Shown piece after piece: positions 1 through 10,164 of a stretch of 31,800 nt of DNA. The position numbers and the translations under genes are program-made. Within the stretch, counting starts at the first letter, position 1, and each line of letters starts with the position of its first letter. The stretch comes from Bdellovibrionota bacterium (GTDB lineage Bacteria; Bdellovibrionota_C; UBA2361; OMII01): the NCBI GenBank assembly GCA_044356215.1, contig JBIKWQ010000035.1, positions 1 to 31,800 of the forward strand. Reading direction: 5' to 3'. The notes under the pieces are model-generated. The model saw nothing but the letters and a program-made list of their open reading frames with translations. It ran no database searches and had not been told where the DNA came from.

Positions 1-1119
1 GCCGCCGCGGAGCTTAAGAAGAAAGGAAATGTTGATGAGGCACAGAAACAGCAAGAGGCCCAAGGTCCTAAGCCTGGCAGCACAGAGGAGGTAACAGGAC
101 TTCTGGCTCTTGATACTCTTGAGCTCGAAGTTGGATTTGAATTGGTGCAGATTGTTGAGGGTGGAGATCTAGTTGAGCGTATCCGTTCAATCAGGCGACA
201 GTTCGCGATCGATTACGGATTTATAGTTCCGCCCATTCATATCCGGGATAACGTGCGCATTAAGTCGACTGAATACCGCTTCCTATTGAGGGGTAGCGTT
301 GTTGGCTCGGGAACCCTGAAACCTTATCATCTCCTGGCGATGGATCCAGGGAATGTTGCGACACCGGTAAGTGGGCAGCAAACTAAGGAGCCCGCTTTCG
401 GTCTAGATGCTCTTTGGATCGCTGAATCCGATAAGGAGCGCGCTCAGATAGCTGGATATACAGTTGTTGATCTTTCTACAGTCATAACGACTCACATCAC
501 AGAGCTTGTACGAGCGAACATGCATGAGCTGTTAGGGCGCCAAGAGGTTCAACACCTAATTGACAACCTAGCTAAGGTTGCGCCGAAAGTTGTCGAGGAA
601 TTGATTCCTAATGTTATGGGCGTCGGCGCGATTCAGCAGGTATTAGCGCATCTACTCCGGGAGCAGGTTAGCATTCGTGACCTACGCTCGGTGCTTGAGG
701 TGTTAGCCGATTGGGCGCCCACAGTCAAAAGTCCTGAAAGATTAGCGGAATTTGTTCGTCGAAAATTCGCTCGTGTTATTACCAGCAAGTTTATCTCTCC
801 TGATGGCGTATTACCACTTGTAAGCCTTACTCCGACAGTTGAGCGCATGTTAAACGACGCGTTGCAGCAGACGGATGAAGGTTCGTTTTTGGCGCTTGAG
901 CCTGGAAACGCGCAGGTACTGATCAATAAATTAGCTCGAGCCGCGGAGAAGTTTGGGGAGCTAGGGCAGACACCCTTGCTACTTGCCCCGGGTCATTTAA
1001 GACCGGCGGTGTTCAATTTCGTCGATCGGTTCGCTCCCGGTTACGCGGTTTTATCTCATTACGAAATAGCTCCTAACACAAAGGTTCAGTCCTTAGGAGT
1101 GCTGAATATTGGTGAGTAG
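1..1119 (+). CDS. flhA: Flagellar export protein FlhA, C-terminal cytoplasmic domain (5' truncated by window edge)
   Basis: Frame is open from base 1; motifs LELEVGFELV, RIRSIRRQFAIDYGFIVPPIHIRDN, EPAFGLDALWI, GYTVVD, LLREQVSIRDL; followed by flhG and fliA. Confidence 0.95.
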   Translation, partial: AAAELKKKGNVDEAQKQQEAQGPKPGSTEEVTGLLALDTLELEVGFELVQIVEGGDLVERIRSIRRQFAIDYGFIVPPIHIRDNVRIKSTEYRFLLRGSVVGSGTLKPYHLLAMDPGNVATPVSGQQTKEPAFGLDALWIAESDKERAQIAGYTVVDLSTVITTHITELVRANMHELLGRQEVQHLIDNLAKVAPKVVEELIPNVMGVGAIQQVLAHLLREQVSIRDLRSVLEVLADWAPTVKSPERLAEFVRRKFARVITSKFISPDGVLPLVSLTPTVERMLNDALQQTDEGSFLALEPGNAQVLINKLARAAEKFGELGQTPLLLAPGHLRPAVFNFVDRFAPGYAVLSHYEIAPNTKVQSLGVLNIGE

Positions 1120-1301
1120 AACGAAAGATTTTCAGGTAGTTAAGCAGTTGGGTTGTTTCAAAGGGCGTAATCAACCGAGTGATTTCGAAGGTAGTCTAAA
1201 AGGATCTTGTAATAATTGAGTCCAAGCAGTGTACAGGTGAATCATAACAAGGACCCCAAGTTGAAGCGGTAAAAGTGGGTCGGTTTTAGTGGGTTTTTAG
1301 A

Positions 1302-2162
1302 GTGGAAAAATTGAGAACAGGCGGATCATCGCGGGATGTAACTAGAGTCATCAGCTTCACCAGCGGTAAGGGTGGAGTTGGAAAGACACACACAGTCGTT
1401 AATACGGCAATCGCTCTAGCTTCAAAAGGATACTCGGTTCTCGTGCTTGACGCGGATCTCGGTCTGGCGAACGTCGATGTTCTACTCGGGGTTTCACCAC
1501 GAGGAACTCTATATGATGTACTTAGAGGAAAGTGCTCATTAGACGATATCCTTATTCAGGGGCCAGGAGGAATAGTTGTTATTCCAGCCGCGAGTGGTAT
1601 TGAGGACGCCTTAAACCTATCAGCCGCTGACAAGATGTTACTTCTATCCGAGGTTGAGAGGATAGCGCATCACTATGATTTCCTACTTATCGATACACCG
1701 GCTGGAATAGGCTCGGATGTAATGTATTTCAACAGCGCGGCGAGCGAGGTGGTTTGCGTTATCAACGGCGAGCCTACATCCTTAACTGATTCTTACGCCC
1801 TGATGAAAGTTCTTAATTCCTCCTACGGGGAGAAATCGTTTTGGGTAGTTGTTAATGACGTGGCAAGTGAAACCGAGGCGCAGGTCGCTTACAACAGCTT
1901 AACAAACGCGGTACAGAGATTTTTGCAGATCGAGACGAAGCTACTTGGGTGGGTGCAAAGCGACGCGACTGTCAGACAGAGTGTAATGGATCGCACTCCG
2001 ATCGCCTTCTCGTATCCATCAAGCCGCGCCGCTTTACGGATTGCGGATATCGCCAGCAATTTAGCGAGTAGTAAACCAGATAATAGGATCAAGGGTGGTT
2101 TGCAGTTTTTCTTCCAGCAACTTTTAGGCGTACCGGCTTATGTCGAAGAAGCCAACTGGTAA
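1302..2162 (+). CDS. flhG: MinD/ParA-family ATPase FlhG (FleN), flagellar number regulator
   Basis: Deviant Walker A SGKGGVGKT, DADLGLANVD, DTPAG, EPTSLTDSYALMK; position between flhA and fliA. Confidence 0.92.
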   Translation: MEKLRTGGSSRDVTRVISFTSGKGGVGKTHTVVNTAIALASKGYSVLVLDADLGLANVDVLLGVSPRGTLYDVLRGKCSLDDILIQGPGGIVVIPAASGIEDALNLSAADKMLLLSEVERIAHHYDFLLIDTPAGIGSDVMYFNSAASEVVCVINGEPTSLTDSYALMKVLNSSYGEKSFWVVVNDVASETEAQVAYNSLTNAVQRFLQIETKLLGWVQSDATVRQSVMDRTPIAFSYPSSRAALRIADIASNLASSKPDNRIKGGLQFFFQQLLGVPAYVEEANW

Positions 2163-2382
2163 GAATAAAGTCCTTGGGGCTCCGCGGTATAGGTTCCTCA
2201 AGGTGTTGTGCGCGACGACCATATTAGTCGCATGTAGTGTGGTTTGTTTCGGTGGTATCGATAGCGGAGCGAGAACGGCGAGCATTCTATATCGTTGCTT
2301 GATCGTCACCGCGATTATCGGCATCACATTTGGATTCGTGATTAAAGCTGTAGCTAGCTACGAGGAGACTCACAGTGGTTAA
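2140..2382 (+). CDS. Small hypothetical membrane protein (2 hydrophobic segments)
   Basis: 80-aa ORF overlapping both the flhG stop and the fliA start; basic N-terminus and two hydrophobic stretches. Confidence 0.7.
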   Translation: MSKKPTGKNKVLGAPRYRFLKVLCATTILVACSVVCFGGIDSGARTASILYRCLIVTAIIGITFGFVIKAVASYEETHSG

Positions 2383-3133
2383 ACCAAAAAGATCAGCGGT
2401 GGAAGCCTACAGACAGATCGACGCCTACGAAAAAGAGGATCTTATTCGTAGCTATCTACCACTTGTGAAAAAGGTGGTTCATCGCCTTTCCGGTAGACTG
2501 CCAAAGGACATCGACCTTCAGGAGATGCTTAACTCGGGAATTATCGGTCTCGTGGACGCCCTGGAGAAGTACGACCCGAAACATGAAACTAATTTCAGCA
2601 CATACGCTCAATTTAGAATTAGGGGCGCTATTCTCGACAGCTTCCGCACGCAGGACTGGTTGCCTCGCTCACTCCGATTTAAATCCCATAAGATTGAGAT
2701 GGCGTACCACCGTATCGAGCAGAGGCTGGGAAGGCCAGCATCTGATGAGGAGGTGGCTTACGAGCTTGGGATTTCGATTGAGGAGCTGCAGCAGTTGCTC
2801 GGCGAGGTTGGTAGTATAGTGATGCTGAGCTTCGAGGAGCTGGGCTTCGGGCACGGAGAGGAGCGTTTCCACGCTGAGGATTGGTTGGCTAGTAAAGGTC
2901 AAGATCCTCTCCATCGATTGCTAGGTCACGAAAAGGTTGATCTGATAGCGCGATCGCTTGATAGATTACCAGAGAAAGAGCGGCTGGTAACTAGCCTCTA
3001 TTTTTATGAGGAGTTGAACCTAAAAGAGATCGGAGAGATTCTTGGGGTAACAGAGTCGCGTGCCTCACAGATTAGATCTCGAGCGCTGATTCGCTTAAAG
3101 AACTACCTCAGGAAAGCCGCAGAGCAGGCTTAA
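2375..3133 (+). CDS. fliA: RNA polymerase sigma-28 factor FliA/WhiG
   Basis: YLPLVKKVVHRL, FSTYAQFRIRGAILDSFRTQDWLPRSLR, region 4 LNLKEIGEILGVTESRASQI. Confidence 0.95.
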   Translation: MVKPKRSAVEAYRQIDAYEKEDLIRSYLPLVKKVVHRLSGRLPKDIDLQEMLNSGIIGLVDALEKYDPKHETNFSTYAQFRIRGAILDSFRTQDWLPRSLRFKSHKIEMAYHRIEQRLGRPASDEEVAYELGISIEELQQLLGEVGSIVMLSFEELGFGHGEERFHAEDWLASKGQDPLHRLLGHEKVDLIARSLDRLPEKERLVTSLYFYEELNLKEIGEILGVTESRASQIRSRALIRLKNYLRKAAEQA

Positions 3134-3159
3134 TCAGACGAAGCAAAATACCTCTATCG

Positions 3160-3178
3160 CGCTGTTTTGGTAACAGCG
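3160..3178. terminator. Possible terminator hairpin between convergent genes
   Basis: CGCTGTT-ttggt-AACAGCG 7-bp stem after the fliA stop; no clear U-tract. Confidence 0.3.
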
Positions 3179-3242
3179 GCGCGCTCCCCCTGTTACCGAG
3201 CAAAAGCTGCTGCATAATTTGCTGAGTAGTTGCCTCGGTTCT

Positions 3243-3644
3243 TTACTTCACTTTCTTTGACTGCCGCAGCGTAACGCACAGAAGGGTTGAGAAAACCACG
3301 GTAACTACCAGAAACCCAGTACCCTGTAATCTGGGTAAAGCCCCTGAGAACACTCCTTTGATTGTGAACAGAAAATCTAATACTTGAGAGGCGAGTAGGG
3401 TGATAATCACGCCATGATTGTCGGCAGGCGCGCGTGAGGCGACCCACGAGCCGATCGCTAAGGCTGTCAGGTAAACCCCAAGTACCCCAAATACCAGCGA
3501 TAACTCTGGCGTAGTGACGGTTGCTAGTCCTGAGGCCCATATCCAAGATGTTGGGAAGAAAATAGCGGAAAGCCCGCAGAATAGCAGATACACAGAAAAC
3601 AGCGTCAGAATTGAGCGGGAGAGGTCTGTTTTAGAATCGTTCAT
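3243..3644 (-). CDS. Hypothetical integral membrane protein (about 4 TM segments)
   Basis: 133-aa ORF with four hydrophobic segments. Confidence 0.75.
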   Translation of the reverse strand: MNDSKTDLSRSILTLFSVYLLFCGLSAIFFPTSWIWASGLATVTTPELSLVFGVLGVYLTALAIGSWVASRAPADNHGVIITLLASQVLDFLFTIKGVFSGALPRLQGTGFLVVTVVFSTLLCVTLRQSKKVK

Positions 3645-3764
3645 ATGAGGTTTGCCAAATTGTGATTAATCCAGTTAAGAGGGTTAACGATAATTAAGCA
3701 GATAGCAATAGAAAAATGAGACGGACCCAAGAGGACGCTTCTTTCTGCTGAGTGTTTACAGTCG

Positions 3765-5174
3765 CTATTCTAGTAACAAAGCGTCCGAGAGAGCCTTCTT
3801 CAGCACATTGAAGACGCCCATCGTCTCATCTGAGGGTGGAACTTGATTCTTCTGCGCTGTTTCAAGATAGAGAACGCCGATCTTTTTTCTGCTACCTAGA
3901 GCGCTGTATATTCCAGCTACAGAAGCGTTCTCAACACCATCGCCGCTCTTAATGACCGGTTGAGCACTTGATAGAGCTGATACCGCCGGATCTCCGGGCT
4001 CAAGCGCGACATTGGTTATCTGTCTCATCTGCACTTTGCCTATCAGAGTCCGAGGTTTAAGAGACAATGAAGTAGGATCCACCACGAACACGCATCCGCC
4101 AGTGAATCCGGCCTCCGGAACAACGTCTTTTAACAGTCGTCCAACTATCGCTTTATTCACGGAATCATCTGACATCTCTGAATAGATATTCTTGAGAGCT
4201 TCCTTGACGCTTTCAGAGCAATACTTAAGATCGCGATCATCGATAGCTCGTGAGACGCGCTTAAATTTCTGTATCTGTTTAACAGGATCGAAAGAGGAGA
4301 TATCCGAGAATGCTTCGGGGACGCTCTTCTGGTAGTTCTTGGAGCTTTCTACGGTCTTAGCGCGAATAATATCGATCGCGTTGTCTCCTAAGGTATCCTT
4401 AAGTATGTCTTGAGCTTTCTGCCAATTCTTCTCTACGGCAGGGTAGGTTTCCGGATTCTCAGCGCGAGCGAGAACCTCTCCCACCTCGCACAGCTCATCA
4501 TAAGAGGCCCAGGTCGTGTCAGCTAATTCGGATTGCTCTGAATTTCCAGCGAGATCGGGTCTAAACAACCTGGTTCCGAGAAGAGCTGGGGTAAAACCGA
4601 GCTCCTTAGCTAGTTCATCATCCAGATTCTGCTCGGCGGTTAGAGAGTTCAGAACTTTTGTGTAAACAGATGGATAATTCCAAGCGATCAGATTTAGACC
4701 GATCTCGCGTATTACTCCGCGAGAAAATCCAAGCTCTGGGTCTAAATTTCTCTTTTCACTCAACACGGACGCGGTCGACGCGATTATCGCCGTCTCTCGC
4801 AAACGCTGCACCTGAAATGGTTCGCTCCAGTGAAGTGAGTGTATGTTGGGAATCTTCTGCTGCTCAGCCAATACCTCGCGAATGCCGGACGCACCACCCC
4901 ATCTTATTAACTCGATCGGATTACCGATCTTACTTTTGCCGGCTTCGGAGAGTACTGCCTTCTGTGATAGCTCTTTGACTATAAATGTGAACAAAGCGAA
5001 GTCGCTTTTTAGCTCCTCAAGCAGAGCATCCATGTTATTATCGTAGGTCTTCTGTTCAAGGCCTTCGCGGACCCTTTTAAGAACATCGGGGTTCATCGGG
5101 AACCAGGGCTTGCTTACGTGCTGCAGTGCCCGGTCAATTCTGCGAGAGTTTGTATCTCCTTTAAAGCTTCCCAT
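3765..5174 (-). CDS. HDOD-domain protein (degenerate HD), possible C-terminal GAF-like region
   Basis: Pattern PMNPDVL...LKSDFALFTFIVK...GVIREIGLNLI...LGFTPALLG resembles HDOD; C-terminal KKIGVLYLE resembles a GAF terminal strand. Confidence 0.65.
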   Translation of the reverse strand: MGSFKGDTNSRRIDRALQHVSKPWFPMNPDVLKRVREGLEQKTYDNNMDALLEELKSDFALFTFIVKELSQKAVLSEAGKSKIGNPIELIRWGGASGIREVLAEQQKIPNIHSLHWSEPFQVQRLRETAIIASTASVLSEKRNLDPELGFSRGVIREIGLNLIAWNYPSVYTKVLNSLTAEQNLDDELAKELGFTPALLGTRLFRPDLAGNSEQSELADTTWASYDELCEVGEVLARAENPETYPAVEKNWQKAQDILKDTLGDNAIDIIRAKTVESSKNYQKSVPEAFSDISSFDPVKQIQKFKRVSRAIDDRDLKYCSESVKEALKNIYSEMSDDSVNKAIVGRLLKDVVPEAGFTGGCVFVVDPTSLSLKPRTLIGKVQMRQITNVALEPGDPAVSALSSAQPVIKSGDGVENASVAGIYSALGSRKKIGVLYLETAQKNQVPPSDETMGVFNVLKKALSDALLLE

Positions 5175-5403
5175 TTTTAGTCAAAACCTTTAAAAGTGGC
5201 CGCCGCGCGAATATCGCTCTTTAGCGCCCACGCACAGTATCAATTGAAAATCTTAATACCGTACCATCCCCTCGATCACAGATAAGGTCGGATGGAGAGC
5301 TGGTATTCTTAATATTTTGAGGCGTTTATTTTGAAAAGGACTCAAGGTTTTAGTGGTCCAAGGGCGCCACATGAGCTCCCTAGTCTCAGGTGATTATGAT
5401 TAT

Positions 5404-7308
5404 CTAATTATTTCCGGTAGTTGCAGGTTCTAATAGGGGAAGAATATCCTCGTTCTTGACCCTGGCGCCAGTTAAACGGCGGTTTGAAAGAGCGGGTGGC
5501 GAACTCGGCAAGATGTATGATTTCGCCTCCGCGTGTGCTCTGTGATAGTGAGCTGACATCACATCCCAGGTGAATCTTTCTGTTAATCGTTCAGCCCTGT
5601 TTCTTAGCGCGATTCGCTCTCTGCGACTCAGCTCACAGAACCTCAGCAAGAAAGAAGTCATCTGATCTATACATGCGTCTGTTGAGTTGCTAGATCGATT
5701 TAGCACAAGCACCCCGTTCTGTAGCGCGTCGGGAACATGGCGCGCTACATACGCTCCAAAACCGCTTAAATCGGTTGTCACAGTCGGTAATCCAAGGGCG
5801 AGACACTCAAGTGGCGTGTATCCCCACGGCTCATAATAGGAAGGGAAGACCCCCATGTGGCAACCCCGAACAAACTGTTCGTAGTCGAGGCTAAAAAGCG
5901 TATTTGATGAGACGAAATCAGGATGAAACACAACTTTCACCGGATCTTCTGGGCTATTAAGAAGTCCTCTGTGTCTTAGGTGGTTCATCACAGGATCACT
6001 CGCGTCATCCCAGAGATCGTGGGTAATTACCGGAGGCCACTGAGACGATTTACGCGCTAGGATAGAGCGTTTCAGTTTAAGCTGAACCTCATCAGGGAAT
6101 ATCTCCTCGTAAGATGGCAGCTTCCCACGCGCAGCGGCCGCCAAGATTCTCTGTCCCAAACCGCTCTCGATCTCGCGACAAGTAGTTTTTAGCTCTTCAA
6201 ATTTTAGGTGATTTTGGAGTGAAGTAACATTGAGGTTCTTGGTTGCCGCTCTAGTGACGATAAAAGCCACGACAGTGGGAGGTTTTGGGGATCTCTTAAG
6301 TTGTTGGTTGAGGCGATATAGCCCCTCAATAAATAGATCCATTCCCTTGTTGCCGTACTCGTATCGACCACTAGTGAAGATATAAAGTGTACGGTCAAGA
6401 TCAAACGAGTAGCTGGGGAAAAAGTGTCCCATGACGAATTCATGAATACGCTCCTTGTATCGTAGATGGAGATTCTGAAACTCATGCAGGGCAGTGAAAT
6501 GGTGGGGATTTAATCCGTTAGGAAGGACGAAGTTTGGCTTTCTCCCGAGTAGCTGCTCTGACTCGCGCGCGGTTACCTCACTCACCGTTGTAAATACGTG
6601 GGCCGAGTGCGCCGCGGCTCTCTCTAGCGCGTATTTTGGCCAGATATTGTAGTGGCGTGCCATGGCATCGGCATCGAATGACGCGAGGTTATGATAAAAG
6701 TTAGGATCATTTGAGGCGATGTAACGACCTAGCAAAGTCGCGTGGGTAGTGAAAACAGTGGCAACAGGGAGATTCTTCTGTCGAATTCGTGGCAACGCCG
6801 ACCCCGCCATCCACTCATGAAAATGAGCGATGATCTTCTTGTCAGTTAACGCGCTTGCCTCTAGTGATAAGACATTGAAAAGCTCGGCTACGCAGGAGCC
6901 AAAAGCGACGACAGCGTCTACTTCTCCATCACACCCATCGAGGGATATCCCGTTGTCTTTCCAGAGAAAGTATTTATCCTCAGCAAGATTGCTGTAGCGC
7001 GCCTTAAAGTCGATCAGGATCACTGATGGCTTGCCGGGTACTAACCATTTGCCGAAATGACAAGAGATACCTCGAGATGTCATCTGCTCGAGAGCTGAAG
7101 CTAGCTCGCTGGGTGCCGGAGATTCTTCAAATTCAAGAGAGCTTGTGTGTTGGTGGTATGGGCCAACAAGGAAGTAATTCTCGCCCCAACGCTCAGCCAT
7201 AGTGGCTGCTTTGGTCTTCATCACAGTGTAGATGCCACCGATCTGGCTACAAACTTCCCAGGCGACCTCAAAGAGGAGTGAATCTTGATTGGGGGTAGGG
7301 GGCAACAT
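5404..7308 (-). CDS. Glycogen synthase, GT3 family (yeast/animal type)
   Basis: FEVAWEVCSQIGGIYTV, HFHEWM, FTTHATLLGR, SGRYEYGNKG, GCHMGVFPSYYEPWGYTPLEC are hallmark GT3 motifs. Confidence 0.92.
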   Translation of the reverse strand: MLPPTPNQDSLLFEVAWEVCSQIGGIYTVMKTKAATMAERWGENYFLVGPYHQHTSSLEFEESPAPSELASALEQMTSRGISCHFGKWLVPGKPSVILIDFKARYSNLAEDKYFLWKDNGISLDGCDGEVDAVVAFGSCVAELFNVLSLEASALTDKKIIAHFHEWMAGSALPRIRQKNLPVATVFTTHATLLGRYIASNDPNFYHNLASFDADAMARHYNIWPKYALERAAAHSAHVFTTVSEVTARESEQLLGRKPNFVLPNGLNPHHFTALHEFQNLHLRYKERIHEFVMGHFFPSYSFDLDRTLYIFTSGRYEYGNKGMDLFIEGLYRLNQQLKRSPKPPTVVAFIVTRAATKNLNVTSLQNHLKFEELKTTCREIESGLGQRILAAAARGKLPSYEEIFPDEVQLKLKRSILARKSSQWPPVITHDLWDDASDPVMNHLRHRGLLNSPEDPVKVVFHPDFVSSNTLFSLDYEQFVRGCHMGVFPSYYEPWGYTPLECLALGLPTVTTDLSGFGAYVARHVPDALQNGVLVLNRSSNSTDACIDQMTSFLLRFCELSRRERIALRNRAERLTERFTWDVMSAHYHRAHAEAKSYILPSSPPALSNRRLTGARVKNEDILPLLEPATTGNN

Positions 7309-7531
7309 GCGGTAAGTAGTTTACCTCAAATCGCGGTGGAAATCATTAGTGCAGTGGGTAGTAATCTTGCCCGCAGGGAGGTTAACACAATGAGGGGGGC
7401 ATAACTGTGTCTCGTTTTGGATTGCTGGGACTTTTTTTACACAAAGAGAGGGGCGAGGGCAAGGTGGGGGCATAAGATGCATCGTTAGGATGCCTCCACC
7501 CCTCTTTGTTCTCCGCCGCCGGCCTAATTGT

Positions 7532-8698
7532 TTAAATCCCCAAAGCTCGATCTAGATAAAAGTCACTAAGTTGAAATTTCCGCAGCAGTTTCTTAACCGC
7601 GTCACTGCTGGCTGGGTTGGCTTGCCCGGTTTTGACAGCGGTGATCATCACATTCTTCGCGGTGTGCTCCAGCGAGACAAACTCAAACAACTTAGTTTGA
7701 TAACCCAGGCTCTCTAAGGCTAGAACTCTAAGCGAGTCAGTGAGACTCTCAGCAAATCGCTCTTCTAAGATGCCGTGGCGCAAGATCGGTGTTAGATCCT
7801 CAGAAGCGCGCATCGAGCGACGCACATACTTGTGACAGCAAGGCGCAACACAGATGTAACGCGCGCCGGATTTAACCGCGCGAGCTATCGCGTCATCAGT
7901 CGCTGTATCGCAGGCGTGCAGAGCAACTACTAGGTCTACGTTGTTAAGTGGCGCAGTATCGATCGTTTCAGCGATAAAACTTAATTTGTCGTACTGAAGT
8001 TTGGTTGCCAATGCTCCGCCTATCCCGACTAACTCCTCTCTTTGTTCAACGCCAACTACCGAGCTGCTCTCGGATAAGCTTGAGAGATAATGGTGCAGGG
8101 CAAAGGTCAGATAGTTCTTACCAGATCCGAAATCAACCGCTGTGAAGCTACTTGCCGTCTTTACCAAGTCATGCGGGATGAGCGAGTCGATTACCTCTAC
8201 AAATTTCTGGATCTGACGGAATTTATCGTGGCGGTCGCGCCGCACCGCACCATCCTGCGATGTAATGCCAAGTTCAAAAAGAAAAGGAGAATTAGCGGGC
8301 ACTAGATAGTTCTTCTCGCGGTTGTGACCAGTAACAACTGGAGCCTCACTCGCCACCTCTTTACGTTTTAGCCTATATGTTCCTTTTTCTGTTACCTCAA
8401 AAGTAAGCGCTTGGTCGGCAGCTCTTAGGTACACAGATCTGAAGCAGCTAGGTATCAAATCATTCAGGGTCTTTAGGGCGTCGGAGTAATTTAAGTTTTT
8501 CCGTTCAACCTGGCGCCCATCGGAGTATTCAAAGCTTATCTGTTTCTCTCCGGCAGAGGTTAGATAGGAAGAGACGACGGCCCGCTTCCAACGATAGCCC
8601 GGAGCTGCGCGACTTAGAGTTGCCTTGCGAAAGGTATCAGCGTTGAGCGATTGGGTTAGGTTTTCTTCGAATATCTTTAGGTTGTCTTGTCCGGTCAC
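7532..8698 (-). CDS. Class I SAM-dependent methyltransferase (Methyltransf_32-like)
   Basis: KFRQIQKF, VDFGSGKNYLTF, VVALHACDTATD, APCCH, EHTAKN; start placed at GTG 8698 after a purine-rich SD-like run (ORF extends to 8785). Confidence 0.85.
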   Translation of the reverse strand: MTGQDNLKIFEENLTQSLNADTFRKATLSRAAPGYRWKRAVVSSYLTSAGEKQISFEYSDGRQVERKNLNYSDALKTLNDLIPSCFRSVYLRAADQALTFEVTEKGTYRLKRKEVASEAPVVTGHNREKNYLVPANSPFLFELGITSQDGAVRRDRHDKFRQIQKFVEVIDSLIPHDLVKTASSFTAVDFGSGKNYLTFALHHYLSSLSESSSVVGVEQREELVGIGGALATKLQYDKLSFIAETIDTAPLNNVDLVVALHACDTATDDAIARAVKSGARYICVAPCCHKYVRRSMRASEDLTPILRHGILEERFAESLTDSLRVLALESLGYQTKLFEFVSLEHTAKNVMITAVKTGQANPASSDAVKKLLRKFQLSDFYLDRALGI

Positions 8699-8774
8699 GG
8701 TTTCGCCTTCCTCTAAACTGCCGTATCTGTTAGTTTCGCCAGGTCGCGACAGAGAGGCTTGTTGAGGATATCTG

Positions 8775-10115
8775 ATGAATATCATGCGTGTAAAGCGGAA
8801 GTGCTTGGAGCTTATCTCGCGAATAGAGGAGCAGGGGGCATATTCGCACTTGGTGCTGCAACAGGCTTCTCAATCAGGAGGTCTATCTCCTGAGGAGTTC
8901 CCTGTTTTACTTCAACTGACCCGCGGAGTGCTTGAGCAGCGTGGGGTTTTGGAGTCTCATTTAAATCCGCTTCTACCTAAGGGGTTAAGCTCACTACCGA
9001 TAGAGATTCAGCACATCCTTAGGTTAGGAGCGTATCAGATCCTCTTTCTTGACCGAGTAAAAAAACGTGATGTTGTATTTGAAGCCGTTGAGCTAGCCAA
9101 GGGGAGCAAATACCGCAGGCTTTCTAGCTTGGTAAACGCGGTGCTACGAAAGATTGGGTCTGAAGATAAAGCTCAAGTTCAAGAGGAACCTAAAGATTCA
9201 ACGCTAAATTTCCCGGATTGGTTAATTAGTCGCTGGAGTGAGCAGTTCGGTGAAGAGGAGGTTGGCGAATTCTGCCGCGCAAGCGACGATGCGTTGCCGG
9301 TATACTGTCGTGTGAATACAGCCAGGATAACCGCGACCGGTCTTAAAGAGGTTTTAGCTAAAGATGGGTTTGAGAGTCAGATAAGCGAGTTTTCGCCGCA
9401 TTCCCTTCGAGTGACAAGGATGCCCAGCAAGAAACGGATCACATCGCTCGACGCTTACAAGGATGGGCTATTCTTTATTCAGGATCTAAGCTCAACGATT
9501 GTGGCTGACATCGCTTCGTGGACTAAGCCAGCTTCAGTGAAAGATCTCTGCGCCGCGCCAGGAGGTAAAGCTTGCAGTATCGCGTTATCTATTGGTGACT
9601 CTGGTAGTAAGGTTATAGCCAGTGATCGTTCACCATCAAGAGTGGAGCTAATAAAGGATCTAATTAAGCGGCTTGGAATCTCGAATATTAAAGCAAGCGT
9701 GTCTGATTTAACTAAGGGTAAGAGAAGTGCCTTGGATCAAGCGGATTTAGTTTTGCTAGACGGTCCATGTTCCGGATTCGGGACAGTAGGAAGAAAAGTA
9801 GATGCTCGTTGGACAACCAAAGAGGACGACCTTACTGGTCTAATGAAGCTTCAGTCAGAGCTACTAGATTCTGCCGCTGATTTCGTTAATCCAGGAGGCT
9901 ATCTGGTTTACAGCACCTGCACGATAGATCGCGGTGAGAATGAAGAGCGGATAGCGCAGTTTCTCGCTTCGCGGAGTGATTTTGAGATAGTGAAATTAGA
10001 TCAATATCTACCTGCGGAGCTGTGTACCGATGAAGGATTTTATAGATCGTGGCCACACAGGCATAAGATGACTGGGGCGTTTGGGGGTATGTTGAGGCGG
10101 AGGGGGGAAATATAG
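8775..10115 (+). CDS. rsmB: 16S rRNA m5C967 methyltransferase RsmB/Sun (NusB-like N-domain)
   Basis: ILRLGAYQILFL, LVNAVLR, DLCAAPGGK, LDGPCSGFG, LVYSTCT. Confidence 0.9.
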   Translation: MNIMRVKRKCLELISRIEEQGAYSHLVLQQASQSGGLSPEEFPVLLQLTRGVLEQRGVLESHLNPLLPKGLSSLPIEIQHILRLGAYQILFLDRVKKRDVVFEAVELAKGSKYRRLSSLVNAVLRKIGSEDKAQVQEEPKDSTLNFPDWLISRWSEQFGEEEVGEFCRASDDALPVYCRVNTARITATGLKEVLAKDGFESQISEFSPHSLRVTRMPSKKRITSLDAYKDGLFFIQDLSSTIVADIASWTKPASVKDLCAAPGGKACSIALSIGDSGSKVIASDRSPSRVELIKDLIKRLGISNIKASVSDLTKGKRSALDQADLVLLDGPCSGFGTVGRKVDARWTTKEDDLTGLMKLQSELLDSAADFVNPGGYLVYSTCTIDRGENEERIAQFLASRSDFEIVKLDQYLPAELCTDEGFYRSWPHRHKMTGAFGGMLRRRGEI

Positions 10116-10164
10116 CTTTGCTGATTTTTGCCGTGCTCACCAAACAGGCTTGCCAATCAAATGT

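Noticed and set aside
1120..1301. flhF remnant in the flhA-flhG gap
   Set aside because: No SRP-GTPase or FlhF-like sequence recognised in the short frame examined
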